A stretch of DNA of 63,486 bases, filler included, from Collodictyon triciliatum (lineage: Eukaryota), in NCBI GenBank assembly GCA_043381765.1. It is 7 parts of 7 records of this genome, joined end to end, with 100 filler letters (N's around TTAATTAATTAA, not from the genome) between each part and the next. Parts side by side here need not be neighbours in the genome. Positions count along the whole stretch, not along the records: positions 37,531 to 45,979 come from JBHJMP010002181.1; positions 46,080 to 52,563 come from JBHJMP010002182.1; 5 more parts are not named here. One strand, 5' to 3'. This document shows positions 38,148-51,508 of this stretch, one piece after another. Made by a program: the position numbers and the translations under genes. Below the pieces are notes generated by a model. It searched no databases. It was not told the origin of the DNA and worked only from the letters and a program-made list of their open reading frames with translations. How positions within the stretch are numbered: the stretch's first letter is position 1; every line of letters begins with the position of its first letter.

Positions 38148-40710
38148 TCACGATTGTTTTTTCTTACGATCCGGATCGGCTTCACAACAGGAACCAAAGA
38201 CAAAGTAGATGATGATAAGAAACCACACAAAGAAAAGAGGGATTGCGTAGTAGGGCAGCATAGAGTTCTCCGTTTCGGCGTTATCGATGATTTGGAGTCG
38301 AGAGAGCATCAAATCGTATGTATGAATGCCATTGGAGAACTTTCGTAGAGTATTAACGAGGGCCTGTTGTAGACGAGAAATATATTCAGTTTTGTCTGGA
38401 TAATGCACCAAATCATTATATTTCATAAGTGTATGATAGATGAAGTACATTTATGTGTTGAGGTTGGAAATGTAGGATAACCCATAACTTTTTCACGCTG
38501 TTGAGAGAGGACATGCAGTTGTTGGGTACTTACTATGATTTCATTTCGTTCCAGGGTGATATTAGCGTCATCAGAAAGGAGGATTTTTAATGCTGTGCCG
38601 ATGCCAAGGACCTGGACCTTGGCATGAATCTTGCACAGTTGGCACGATATGCAATCGGTCAATCGGCTGATATTTTGGAACCGTGTCTTGAATTGGTGTT
38701 TAAGGTCTTCCTAAAATACGCGGGGGTTGGTGACGCAAATGACTTGTTCTTCAAATGTGCTGAAAAAAATGGAACGCATTCAAACATAACAACTCCAACA
38801 AAACTACAAATCATTCATATGGGAACAAATTGCATACACCTTACTGGGAAAATTGAATAGAGTAAATAAAAAATAAAATAAAAAAGAAATACTCGCACCC
38901 CTTTGGGTGTCCTAAATAACATGGTTTCATCGAAATTTGGTGAGCAAAGCAAAGAGTTGCGAGAGAACTGATGCAACAAATCTTTTGTCTGTTGGTCATC
39001 TTCGGAATGTCCTGTATTGTATTCGTAATCAAGAAGGTTGGGCATAGCTTTGTGCGTCGCCCTAGAAGAAACAAATACACGATACATCCACTAAATTAAA
39101 AATAAGTACTTATAATTGATGGGGTCATTAGCACTATAGATAAGCTGAGGGTTTTGAATAAATAAATAATGATACCTCAATAGTACCAAGAAGGTGAAGT
39201 ACATATTTTGAATACGCTCAGGAAAATCTAGGACTCTTCTTTTATACTCGTCGATATTTGCTCTGTATGTTCCGTCACCAGAGTCATAGTAATTTTCTGA
39301 TATGTGAGTGCTAACCAAAGTGTGAAGTCCCGATATTATTCGATAGAATACCCTTTCTTCGAGGCACATACTATCCATGTCTCCTGAATATATGTGATTT
39401 ATTTTTCAAGCTAAAGATTCAAAAGCGTTTCCTCTGTTCAAATTAAAGTAAAGTAAAGTAAAGTAAAGTAAAGTAAAGTAAAGTAAAGTAAAGTAAAGTA
39501 AAGTAAAGTAAAGTAAAGTAAAGTAAAGTAAAGTAAAGTAAAGTAAAGTAAAGTAAACGAAAACACCCATCACCTGAAAAGCAATTCTCTTGATAAAAAG
39601 AAATCCATATTCTCGAAGCGTTTATTCCAACATATCCCGTATTCCTCTCCACATTAAGTAGTAGGTTGACATATGTAGCCTCTTTTTTACATAAGAACAA
39701 AGTCAGAACAATGCCTTATTGCCTTGCATTGATGCAGTGCTTCAAATGATTTTTATACCATATTATCTTCGAATCAGTGATTGAATAAATAGGACCTTGA
39801 TCATTTGGGTCGTCTAGGACCCATACGTCTTGGTTATCTTGGTTCCATTGAGGAGTCGTAAAGAAACCAGGCCCGAATTCAATGGGACTGGTCTGTTCCT
39901 GACGCCACGGTAAGGGTACCTAGCAAAATAAAAAAAAATAATGATAATAATAATAATCACATTTGTGGCGCTTTGTATGTAACAGAAGAGAAAATTGGTA
40001 TCCCCTTCATTCGATTACCGAGTAGAAGATTGCATTTTATTACCTCATTTTCATCGCATTCGCATACCTATACCACAGTGGATTTAAATGAATGATAATA
40101 CATACTTTGTTGGTTAATTATGCATAGCTGGACACTTCAAAAAAAGGCTATTGGTGACTGATATACACACGCCAGAGTTTGGTAAATGCTTTTTATATTG
40201 AATAAATAATAATGAAAAATTATCCTCGAATTCAATTATTATTTGACGATGAAACTGACTTGGCAACCTCCAACCAAGCCACATATATGTTGTTCTACCC
40301 AGAAAGGGCACTCGCGCTCGAGGTTCACTTTGAAGTATTTAAAAAATGTCCTTTGCTAAGCAATATATGTACACGTCAATACTTTTTAAATGTCTTGAAT
40401 AAAGAAAATAGAGCTATCTAAAGAAACAAGCAAAAACAATACATATGTGTGGAAAGAATGAATATAGGCATGTGATGGCTCGTGACATACCGCTATTTGA
40501 TTCAAAAGGCCATTAAGCTCAAGCGAATTCTCTTGGTCAACCTTTTCCACTTCGCAGCAACAGTCGTCCACAATCCCCTGAATCTTTTCTGGCGCCTGGA
40601 AGATGTAAAACTCAACGTGTGAGATTAAATGATATATCCCAAATGCAAATCGATGAATCGAAAGATATTCTTGTATTAGATGATATTATCTTTTTTTTTT
40701 AATGATACAA

Positions 40711-40799
<89 letters not shown>

Positions 40800-41273
40800 A
40801 AAAGAAAAGAAAACAGAAGAAAAGAAAAAGAAAAAATAAATGAAAAAGAAAAAGAGAAGAAAAAGAAAAGAAAAAGGAAAAGGAAAAGAAAAAGAAAAGA
40901 AAAGAAAAAAGAAAAGAAAAAAAGAAAAGAAAAAAAGAAAAGAAAAAAAGAAAAGAAAAGAAAAAAAGAAAAGAAAAAAAGAAAAGAAAAAGAAAAGAAA
41001 AGAAAAAGAAAAATAAAACAAAAAGATAAAAAAAGAAAAGAATAAGAATAAGAAAAAAAGAACAAGAATAAGAAAAAAGAAAAGAATAAGAAAAGAATAG
41101 TAAAACAAAAAGATAAAAAAGAATAAGAAAAACGAATAAGAATAAGAAAAAAGAGGCACCGATTTTATCGCCCCTTGGACCACAGGGGACTGGATAAGGA
41201 CCAAGAGAACAGTGAACAGAACAAAAGAGGCCGGCCGAGGCAAACTTTGCTGGCGCTGATTCTGTGGGATCAT
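38148..41273 (-). CDS. ERO1: ER oxidoreductin 1 (Ero1) with signal peptide, C-terminal TM helix and KKxx tail
   Basis: Signal peptide ..[100 protein letters not shown] (CxxCxxC); [22 protein letters not shown]. Confidence 0.95.
39465..39556 (+). repeat. (AAAGT)n intronic microsatellite
   Basis: Visible. Confidence 0.95.
40710..41150 (+). repeat. A/G-rich low-complexity compound repeat in ERO1 intron 1
   Basis: Visible; source of the poly-Phe ORFs. Confidence 0.9.
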
Positions 41274-41743
41274 CGACGCTTGTCCGCCCAGCAAGGAAGT
41301 CCAGACACACACGCACACGTCTGCAGTTTTCTTGGATCCCACAAAGGCGGGTTCGCTCTGTTTTGCGCCTTTCGTCAGAAAATCGCACTATGCGAAGCAG
41401 ACTTTCAAGCGCCGCGCGGCAACAAAAACAGTCCTGTTTGATTTGCTCCCACGCAAAAAGTGCGCCTGCGGACTGAGTTCGCCGGCGTGATTGGCGTGTG
41501 ATATGCTGGCCTGGATTTCTTACGCCAAGGCACCTTTTTGTGATATGCTATTCGATGTTTGAAGATACGACCATCACTAGTCAATAAGGCAGGGGGCTTA
41601 CCGAAACGACGTAGAGAATAGAACACTCAATATCATAAAAATGCCATAAAACTAAACTAAACTATATGTTAGGATAACACAAAGAGAATATAATATGGCA
41701 ACAAGTCAAGTTTCTTCGTTTCGTTTTCATTTAATGCAAAGTT

Positions 41744-42742
41744 TCAGCGCTGAGTGTGTCGTTCCAGCATCACCATCAGGTTGGTGATGACTTGTTGGTG
41801 TCGCGAATCTAACCCGAAAGTTGCAAGCCGATTCACAGCAGAAAACAGTTCTTTCGCTTGCCTACATAAATCGACATATGATGTGTCGTTCCAACAAAGA
41901 ATGGATTGATTTGTACATCGTTGGAAACCGTAAAACTATTTATTAAAACCTACGAGATGATGTCATGCCGCGATGTAATATCCCCTAGCATTCTTGATAT
42001 GATCAGGTCCAGCGCGTTGGATATGGTCCTTTTTTTTTAAAAAAAATTAATAAAATAATCCGATTTGATGAAATCAAACCCCAGTTTGTCGAGAATTAAG
42101 AGGTCTCTGGCTGATTAGCTATTTTTTTATATTTTTATCTCTTGCAAGGTGAGGCAGTTGAGATTATAAGAAAAGCAAATCACCCAAGCTCCCTAGCCAA
42201 AACCTTGAGTATTTTTTCGTGGAGAGAGGGACACCCACGCAGGAGGCGGACGAGAACGATGACTGGCACAACAAATGAACGTATCTCTAGCGATAAAAAA
42301 AACTTTAAAGGAAGATATGGGGAAAATAAAAAAGCAAGAGAAAAAAAATTCAAACCTCGTTTCTCATTAACCTTAGAAGAAAAAGGATGCAAGTATTCTT
42401 TAAGTCGGGGATAAGCGATGTCTTCAATCATATATTCCAGCATGGTTGTAAATGTGCTTTCGTTTGTAATCTGAGAGCGGAATGCGACACCATAGTTTTT
42501 TTTTTTTTTGAAAAGAAATCAGATTTATACCTTTCAGGAATGTGCAAAAATTATTATTTAAACATCAGCAAATAGTTTCAACGCAAATATTTAAATACCA
42601 CCTTCGTCAACTCCATCGCCTCGATAAAGAAAGTATCAAATTTGTTCTCAAATATCAACGCGTGAAGATACATTCGAATTAAGTTTGCTGAAAGCAACGA
42701 GGAAGCTTTCCTTCCCTCCAATAGCTTGATGACTGCATGAGC

Positions 42743-42841
<99 letters not shown>

Positions 42842-45697
42842 GGTCATCTTGAGAATTTTCGACTGGAAAAAGAAAAACGGGGGAATACTAAACAGTCTTA
42901 CTTCGAGATGAGGTGTCTTGCTCCAAACAGGCTGTGCAAACGTCACTATGAAATGGTTTCTCCAAGTTAAATTTTGTAAAATGTATAGACCATATTCCGA
43001 TAGCTTTTTTATTTAAAGGAAATAATAAAATTGGTGTGTTTGAACACACTCGGAAAGCACGATAAGATTACCACAGAAGGGTGACTTGAGAATTCACGAC
43101 ACTAGGGTCTTTGAGCTTGCTTCGAACGCCTTCGATTGATTGCAATCCAGACTCATTCACGTTTGTGGGAAGCTTCCACTGAGGATGAAAAATTGTCTTG
43201 TTGCAATCATCTTGCACAGTGGGGTAAAGTAGCATGTAATTCACCGTGGCATATTCTTCAAACATATCGTTTTCTATTGTTTGTTTATAAAAAAAATTTT
43301 TGAGGTTGAAGAAAATCTGCTTCGTTGCCTCGAGCGTAAAATATGCCAAAATGAGTAAGGATAATCTGACTGAGCATCGCTTCGGCGTATCTCATTCCCA
43401 CTTGTAGTCCTTTCAAATAATCAGCCGAAAGGAAGGTCAAAAGAATACTGGCGATTAGTTTCATGTCCACTATGTTCTTATCTTCACTTATTTTTTCAAA
43501 GAAGGTCCTGCATATTTTATCATATTTTTTAGAATCTATCATGAGATTGCGTCTAGTTTAGTGCGGGATATCAACTAAAAAAAAGGCTTTTGAATAGTTG
43601 TATACTTTTCAATGCCAAGCAGTCCTTCAATATCTTGAGCCTTCGCCAGTGCAAATATCTTTTGTTTGAATTCCATATGTTCCTTCATTTTCTTGAGCTT
43701 GGCCAATATCTCAGAGTTGACCTTTGTTATTTAAAAGAGTAATATGTGCAATTTAAACTTTGATTTGGGTCGACTTTTGGTCTCTAAATTAGCCACCGCG
43801 TGTATAAAAAATAGTCACATAATTTGTAAAAGTAAAACAAGAGAAAAATTATGATGTTACAAAACCCTTTTTGGAGAGTATAGGAGCGGCAAGTTCGGAG
43901 GAAGACTATCAGAGTAAGCCTTAAGTTGTTCTTCAAACGTTTCAACATCAGTCTGCGTCCACGCGGAAAGAGTGAACATGATTATTTATGAATTAGATGC
44001 ATCGCTATATTTTATGAGGTAATCATAATTCTTTCTGTAAGAGATACGACGATGGTTTCACCCTGGATTCTGTATTGCATAAGGATAGAAGGGCTTCGGT
44101 CTCTTTCATCTTTCCGTCCAAAATATACTTTTCAACTAATTTTGTTGCTCTTTCAAAGGCATTTGGATAATCTCGCATGAATATAAGTGCCTCGATCTCA
44201 GTATATCCTTCATCGTTCTTCTGGTTCCTATAGTTTGCATAATCTTGGATATTACACAAAGAACGAATGCCAATGGTGCTTCAAATAATTATTTGATATT
44301 TTCAAGATAAAAGAAAAATGGAATGGAAATAGATGGTTTCAAAAAAGAAAAGAAAGAAAGAGAAAGAGGGAATATATGGTGTAAAAAGAACCTGGCTTCA
44401 CTTAAGGATTTGGCAAACTCTGTGTTGAGTTCATAGCTCCGCAGTTGACCATTTCCGCTACCGACGATAAATGTTTGAGCGCGTCCTCGAATAAACTCTC
44501 CTGGTAATTATTCAAGAGGATGTTAACATGCTTGCTTTTGAGGAAAATCTAATTTTGTTCTTTTTTTGCTCCTTAATATTTCCAAGCCTCTGTTTAGGAA
44601 AAATACCAGCAATAATTGAATCAGTCCAGTCATTCGAAAGAGTGGCCAATAAATTGTGTGGAGGGAAACAAAGGTTCCACAGGCGGGCAGAACGGTCTGT
44701 GCTTCCTGAGAGGAGAATTTCACATCGAATAGGGCTCCAAGATATCTAGCATGACGATTTTTAGAATAGCAAATGTTTGATCCAAAAATGGCTCTCAAAA
44801 TAATGTTGTTATTGCAGATATGAAAATCTAATTAGTATTTTCTAAATAGCTAACCGAGTTAACAGAATTTTGGTGCCCTTCCAACATCACAGCGGGCGAT
44901 TGTGTATTCATCCGAATGTCCCATACTTTTATAACACCATCGTCTCCTGTTAGGTTCGTAATTTTGAGAACCTAAAAAAAAAAAACGTCTTTCTTGCTAT
45001 GTCTCTCACCCGTCTTCATTTTGTCTTATAATTTTTTTTCCTTTATTCGATTCAAAGTGTAGCGAGGTTATACCATTGTCTTACAATTTCTTTAAATGAT
45101 TCTTTCGTGGAGATATGCTTTCACGATTATTTTCGACTCTAATATATAACCTGATGATGCGAGCCAATGAGGGATAAGGGGATTCCAACGAATGCATTTA
45201 ATGGCTTCTTTGTGGGCATCCAAAGCTTTCCAGACCTATGAAAAGAATAAATAGAAAATAGAAAATAGAAAATAGAAAATAGAAAATAGAAAATAGAAAA
45301 TAGAAAATAGAAAATAGAAAAAAAAAGAAAAAAGAAAAAGAAAAGAAAAAAGGAGACATTGTTCAGTTTTTTAAAAAAAATCCATAAGTAGCAGAACAAG
45401 GGTGTCATCCTCGAAAAAATTTCCTTACAACTCCACGTTGCGAGCCAGATGAAATCTCTCTGGTATCTAGAACCTTTATGGACTTCGCTGCACCTGCAAG
45501 AAAATTTTCATGCCCAGATGTTGATATTGGTACTGAGCTCTTTTATGAAATCTTGACACTCTGCAAAATATGGTCAAGTGAAGACAGGAAGGCACATAAT
45601 ATTTTTATCAAGAAAAAATGGGACTGTTACCTGCAATAGAGAGCATATTTACTGATTGTGGACTCCATTCTACACATGTCAGGAGAGATTGGGACCC
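41744..45697 (-). CDS. WD40-repeat protein with a long alpha-helical C-terminal region; 5' truncated
   Basis: LTCVEWSPQSVNMLSIA|GAAKSIKVLDTR; AHKEAIKCIRWNPLIPHWLASS|GDDGVIKVWDIR; GHQNSVNS|ISWSP..LLSGSTDRSARLWNL; helical exons run to ..MLERHTQR* (TGA 41744-41746). Confidence 0.8.
42743..42840 (+). repeat. (AAT)n intronic microsatellite
   Basis: Visible. Confidence 0.95.
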
Positions 45698-45822
45698 CTA
45701 AATTAAATACTTTTATCACATAAAGTAAAAGATGCAAAATTCTTGCAAGCCTTTTTGGTTCTCGTTTCGAACGAAAGGCGAGTAAATTTTAGACCACCAT
45801 AACTAAAAGATAATTAAATTAT

Positions 45823-45979
<157 letters not shown>

Positions 45980-46079
45980 NNNNNNNNNNNNNNNNNNNNN
46001 NNNNNNNNNNNNNNNNNNNNNNNTTAATTAATTAANNNNNNNNNNNNNNNNNNNNNNNNNNNNNNNNNNNNNNNNNNNN
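45980..46079. other. Artificial contig linker
   Basis: N44-TTAATTAATTAA-N44. Confidence 0.97.
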
Positions 46080-46112
<33 letters not shown>

Positions 46113-46469
46113 AAAAAAAACAAAAAAAAAACAAAAAACAAAAAACAAAAGCCTGTGGACATACAAACGAATTGCCAGTCGCGAGCAGCTGTCAAGAACA
46201 CCGGTTAAATAAGAGCCAAGTGAGGATGAAAATGGCAAACGCAGGAGTTCTGAGGCACTGAAAAACAACTCCAGGGAGAATAGATCACACCAGCGACTAA
46301 CTACCACATGAAAGAAAGAAGTCCGGTGCTCAGGGTCGTATTTCAAGCCCAGCCAACTTGAACATAGCAGGGGATCACGAATGGGTCTCCACCAAAATGT
46401 TTTTTTTTTTTTTAATTTATCTTTATTTTCACGATTACCATAGGCCGAGGCAGCCTTTGTATATTTTGC

Positions 46470-49400
46470 ATGTCACAGCTGCCGCTACTGGTGGCGATCT
46501 CTGGAGAGGTTCTTTATGAGCGGATTCCACAGGTGACGCTTGAGCAATCGTATGAGGGAACGACGGTCAAAGGAGAGTTGGTTAGTTTGCCTCTCGATTT
46601 GTGTTTGTGTGTTTCCTTACAAGCATTCGACAGGCTTTTTCTTGTGGAGTAAATGTTTGCTTTCTTTCTACTTCTCTATCCTTATATCTATTTTTTCGTT
46701 TTCTTTTCGTTTTTCATTATTTTTTTATTTTTAGGTTTTTACTTCATATCGGATGCTGTTTTATCCATCTCATGTAGTGGAAAACATGATACGCGTCGAC
46801 ACAGATATGGTTTGTTGAGTGGTGATGCGCGAGCAGTCATCTAACTACGGAATAAAAAAGACTGGCTTTTAATCCTATCCTATTTTTCCCTTCCTTTCCA
46901 ACTTCCTTTTCACTCCTTTGGATTGAATAAAGGGAAAAAAATTATGTTAATTCATTCATTCACTTTTCTTTCTTCAAAGGTATTATGTTACAAACCCAAT
47001 CCTGTTGGAAATTCAGGACACACGCTTACTGACTAAAATGTCATGATAATCACATATATAGGACACCCACGGGGTTCATGTGATTCCAATTACATCGATA
47101 GCCAAGATGGAGAAAATCGGAGGTACAAAAGGAGTTACCGTCTGGAGTGGCGGTGTTAACATATCGGTGGACGCCATCAGGCGCATTATGGACCGGTATG
47201 ATGATTCAAATGAGGCCTTTCTTCTCTTCAACTCCTCAACGCGGTCTAGAGCTGTAATTTACATGATGATTTTTATGTGGACAGGGTCCTTATCATCTTT
47301 TGTAAAGACTTCCGAAGATACTACTTTAGTTTTCATCCAAAATCAAAGGTTATTCAATTGATAAGTACCAAAAACTGCGATGCATGTATTTTCTATGTAT
47401 CCATATTTATATTCTCGCAATATTTGACATAATTGTGCCGTGTATATCCCTTACTTATATGTTACTCATTCTGACTGATAATACAATCACTCACTCTATT
47501 CAGAGTCGCTCAAGAGCATACGGCCTCCTTGAAAATGGAATGAAAATATCTACAATATCCGAGCTATTTGCTTTCGCATATGGGAATCAAGCGCCGTCAA
47601 TTCCTTTATCCTTGCAATTCCAATCTTCTACTCAAGTGATTTCTCAGGCAAAGCAGGGATTTATTTCAGCAGGGGCGAAGGTCTCCTCAAATCCAGTTGT
47701 GCCTTCAGGAATCGTTGCCATGCAGCTAGCTAAATTCTCGCAACATCTTAATTCTCCACCACCGCTTCCTTTGCCTTTGGCGACGCACTCTTCAAATACA
47801 TCAAACTTGAACTCCGCAAGTAATGGGCGTTTCGAACCAAATTCTCCAATCATGAAACAGCCGCCTGCAAAAATAAGTCAAGAAAACTTGCCCAAATTCT
47901 CCAATTCGCCCCAACCTCTGGTACAGAAACAGACAAGCGTATCAACAACACAAAAAACAGCCAACGAAATACACGAATCATATTCCTTGCCACTTCCGAG
48001 GCGACCACTCCCCGTAGTCCCGACAGGCATCGAATCTAGTATCACATCAGCTCCAGCATCACCCACATCGGGAAACCAAACATCTTCCGAAAAAGACATG
48101 AAACAAGACTCACAAGAGACATCGCCAGAAATGCCAGTTTCCCCAAGAGGTGCCCAATCAATCACACAAAGGATATTTTCTAATGGTGCACCCCCTCCCC
48201 TTCCTCCCAAACCAGCGTATATATCATCAGGTATACCTGGATACTCCTCAGCTTCTCTAAAGGCGGAATTGTCACCTTTCACATCTGAATCACCACACGA
48301 ACAGGCTGAATCGGACAGTGATACGTTCTCTGTTACCAGTACAAGGTCTAACATCTCTATCCAATCAGCACCCGCCTACATCCGCAAACAGCAAGAAATC
48401 ACTGGCTCTCATGCTCCGAGACAAATAAACACACATGGACCTCCGGTTCCATCAAGAAAGCCTAGTATTACTGGCAGTTCAAATCCCCCACCACTCCCGC
48501 CAAAACCCCAAGGATTATCAGACACGTCCTCAGTGACATCAGGGTGGTCTGCGTCAAGTGGAAAATCTGGCCTTTCCATTCAATCTGCCCCAGCTGTGAC
48601 GATGCAACAGAAGCCATCCATTTGGGCCCAGGCTCCAACCTTAACAGCATCTAGTATCAAAGCAATGAATCAGACCTCCCACACTTCTACCTCATCACAA
48701 GAAAAATCTGTATTCTCCAAGGGCCTAGACAACTTTTTCTCTACTATGAAATCCTCACTACCGAATCCTAACCCCACGAAAGAAATGAGATCGCAAACCA
48801 ATTCACCAGCATCATATTTGGTTAGTCCAAGAAGTGAGCAATCGACACCCTTAGCTTCTTCGTCGTCAGTTTCATCACTGTTGAGCCCAAGAAGTGACCA
48901 GCAGAGGCTCTGGAGGTCTCCGTCTATTGCAAGTAGTTCAGAAACGTCATCTCCGTCTGTTCCCAAAAAGTCTACAACATTTGATGACCATGAAGGCGAA
49001 GCTATTTCAAGACCAATAGGGCGTGGAGCTGTTGGTGGTGTGAAAATATTTGATGTAAAATCTGATACTATGACTCCAAATCACCCAAAGGACGGATGGG
49101 CAGTATATGACACATTCCAAGAATTCAAGAGGCAAGGCGCACTAACGCCCAGAATAGAATCTGAAAGCTGGAGAATCACAGACGTGAATGCTGTTTACCA
49201 ATCGGTCGGGACCTACCCGTCAAAGTTACTAGTGCCTAAGTCATTCGATGACATAAACATTCCAAATGCCGCTCGATTTAGAATCCTCGGGCGCTTTCCT
49301 GTTCTCTCATGGTTTCACTCAGAAAGTCGAGGATTTATCAGCCGATGTAGCGAGCCAGCGGACTATCCATACCACCGAGAATGCTATGAGAATACGATGC

Positions 49401-51508
49401 TGTTTGATTCTATGAAAAAGGTACAACTGCTCTTAAATGTTGGCGTGGATATTATCCATCTCCCTTCAGAGAACCCAATATCATCAAATAATAGCACACA
49501 TTATTGCTGTATTTATTCTGAACTGTGAATTCCTTCAACAACAGACCTTAAAACAGAGTGGTCGACTAATTATAGTAGAGGAGCGTTCTGTCAACCAACT
49601 AACACCGACTGCACAATTGCATAATATCCGAGTAACTGCGCCTCATGTTCCACCAGGCATTCTCTCAGAAGTATCAGGATTCGAGCCATTGGAACTAAGG
49701 GGGGAGAGTTTGATGAAATTAGAGGAAATGGTTATTTTTCCATATGCTTTTCTTTCTCGTAGCCCAAATATTATTGATGTTTTATTATAACGAATGAAAT
49801 TGTCTCACTTTATGAAAATTACCATACCTTTCATTTTCAAAGAATAAATAAATTAATTAGATGTACGCCCAAGCTGACGAAGATGAGGTCAGTTGGCTTA
49901 TCAAATGGGAAGATACGAGTAAGTATTTATCTGTTGTTTCAGATTGAATTCTTCAATTTTTCAATTACTGTTTTATTTTAAAAAGAAACTACTATGGCCC
50001 ACTGAAAAAAATAAAAACTCCATAACCACGTTTCTATTCATATATTTGATTTAGAGTGGCCCATACATATTAAGACACTTTTAGCATGCGCCACCCGAGT
50101 TGCTCGCCTTGTCGATGTATTTATATCTCATTTCAATAAAAAATTTTTTCATATTATTATTTCAATATCATATTATGCTATTTTTATTCATTGAACCGAA
50201 AAAAAAAAGTGTCATATTAATATACCAACAATAGGAAGGGAACGGAGTTATACTATCTTGCTACAGAGGCTATGACACGTCCACAATAGTACTATTACTT
50301 TTTAGCAACCATAGTTTCTTTTTCCTTCTGAATTCAGGCTTACTCATCGGAACTTTTAGGCTTCGATGTTATCTCAGCTGCTTTTAGATCCATACTTCAG
50401 AACGTATACTGGGTTTCAAGTACCAATCATATATTTGAAAGCATAACACCACTGCTCCTTTTTTTGTCGCACATGTATTAGCTAGAATAAAGTCTGTATT
50501 TTTCAAGAATATATACCATGTAACCTAAATACCATAAACTTCCCGATAAATAATAAACAAATAAATAGTATCAACACCTCCAGCAGTTTTTTTTTTTAAA
50601 AAAGAAATAAGAACTAATTATCTTTCTATGAAGGTTCTAGTAGAGAAGGAGTGGGTCTCTATGGGTTATCCTTTCGGGGTGCTCATAGCAAACTCTTTAT
50701 CAGACACCTTGTAAGTTGATCCCTGCAATTTTTATGAAGCATTCTACTATATTGATTACATTTTTGTAACCTTTGATACTTTTACCTAGAAACCCTCCTC
50801 CACCTTATGTGGGGGCTTCATTTATTCAATTAATGGACGCCATATTTCAGGTTGGAATACATATGTTGGATTTATCCCTTCGTCTAAACCTTACACTAGC
50901 CTTACCACTCTTTTGCGTGAAATTCGGATTCTTTTTTGAATGACCACCTCACTAGGACGATGTTTTTATTTCATTTTCTGATTATAATCCTGTTAATAGA
51001 TTCAAGAACAATATCCATTGTCTTTTGAATTCAACGAGCATCTGTTAGTCGACCTTCTTGAGCAATTGTTTTCGTGTCGATTTGGAACATTTCTGGCCAG
51101 CAACGAACGAGACCAAGAATTTCTGCAACTCAAGGCGAAGACAACATCCATGTGGACACATTTTAATGACCCTTGCCGCAGAAGCAAGTATATCAATAAA
51201 GATTATAGGCCTTTCTTTGGAACCTTACAGGTAGCGTACGCCATCCTCATATATAATCTCACTCATCGTAGCCTACAATTGGCTAATATGTTTGCTATTT
51301 AACGTTAACTAATCACTCTTTATGTACTTTTTTTTTTTTTTTTAATAAGGTGATAACAAAAAACATCCGACATTCAAGAGCTTACCTCTTAATTCACTTG
51401 ATATAGCCTTCTCATAACCTGCGAAAGATTCGCCTATGGAAAAATTTCTACATGAGAAACTGGGCTTTGTTGAAGCAGCAGACGCAAAGTAATCTCAAGT
51501 CCAAGTGA
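46470..51508 (+). CDS. Myotubularin-related protein (PH-GRAM + PTP-like domain), predicted catalytically inactive, with a ~500-aa Ser/Pro-rich insert
   Basis: GRAM: ISGE..GEL|VFTSYRMLF..IPITSIAKMEK..IFCKDFR..LFAFAY. Phosphatase domain: DGWAVYD..EFKRQG, WRITDVN..TYPSKLLVP, RFPVLSW, SRCSEP, LLLDPYFRT..GFQ|VLVEKEW, FEFNE..LL..FGTFL, IRLWKNFY. Stop TGA at 51506-51508. Confidence 0.9.

Noticed and set aside
38711-38759. Possible 16-nt micro-exon, 33-nt intron and GC donor in ERO1
   Set aside because: A single GT-AG intron gives [27 protein letters not shown], which fits Ero1 spacing without it
40676-41388. Poly-Phe membrane-protein-like ORFs
   Set aside because: Translations of the A/G-rich intronic repeat in ERO1
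45490-45565. Extra small exon and 40-nt intron in the WD40 gene
   Set aside because: Direct splicing SIA|GAAKSIKVLDTR yields a canonical WD repeat
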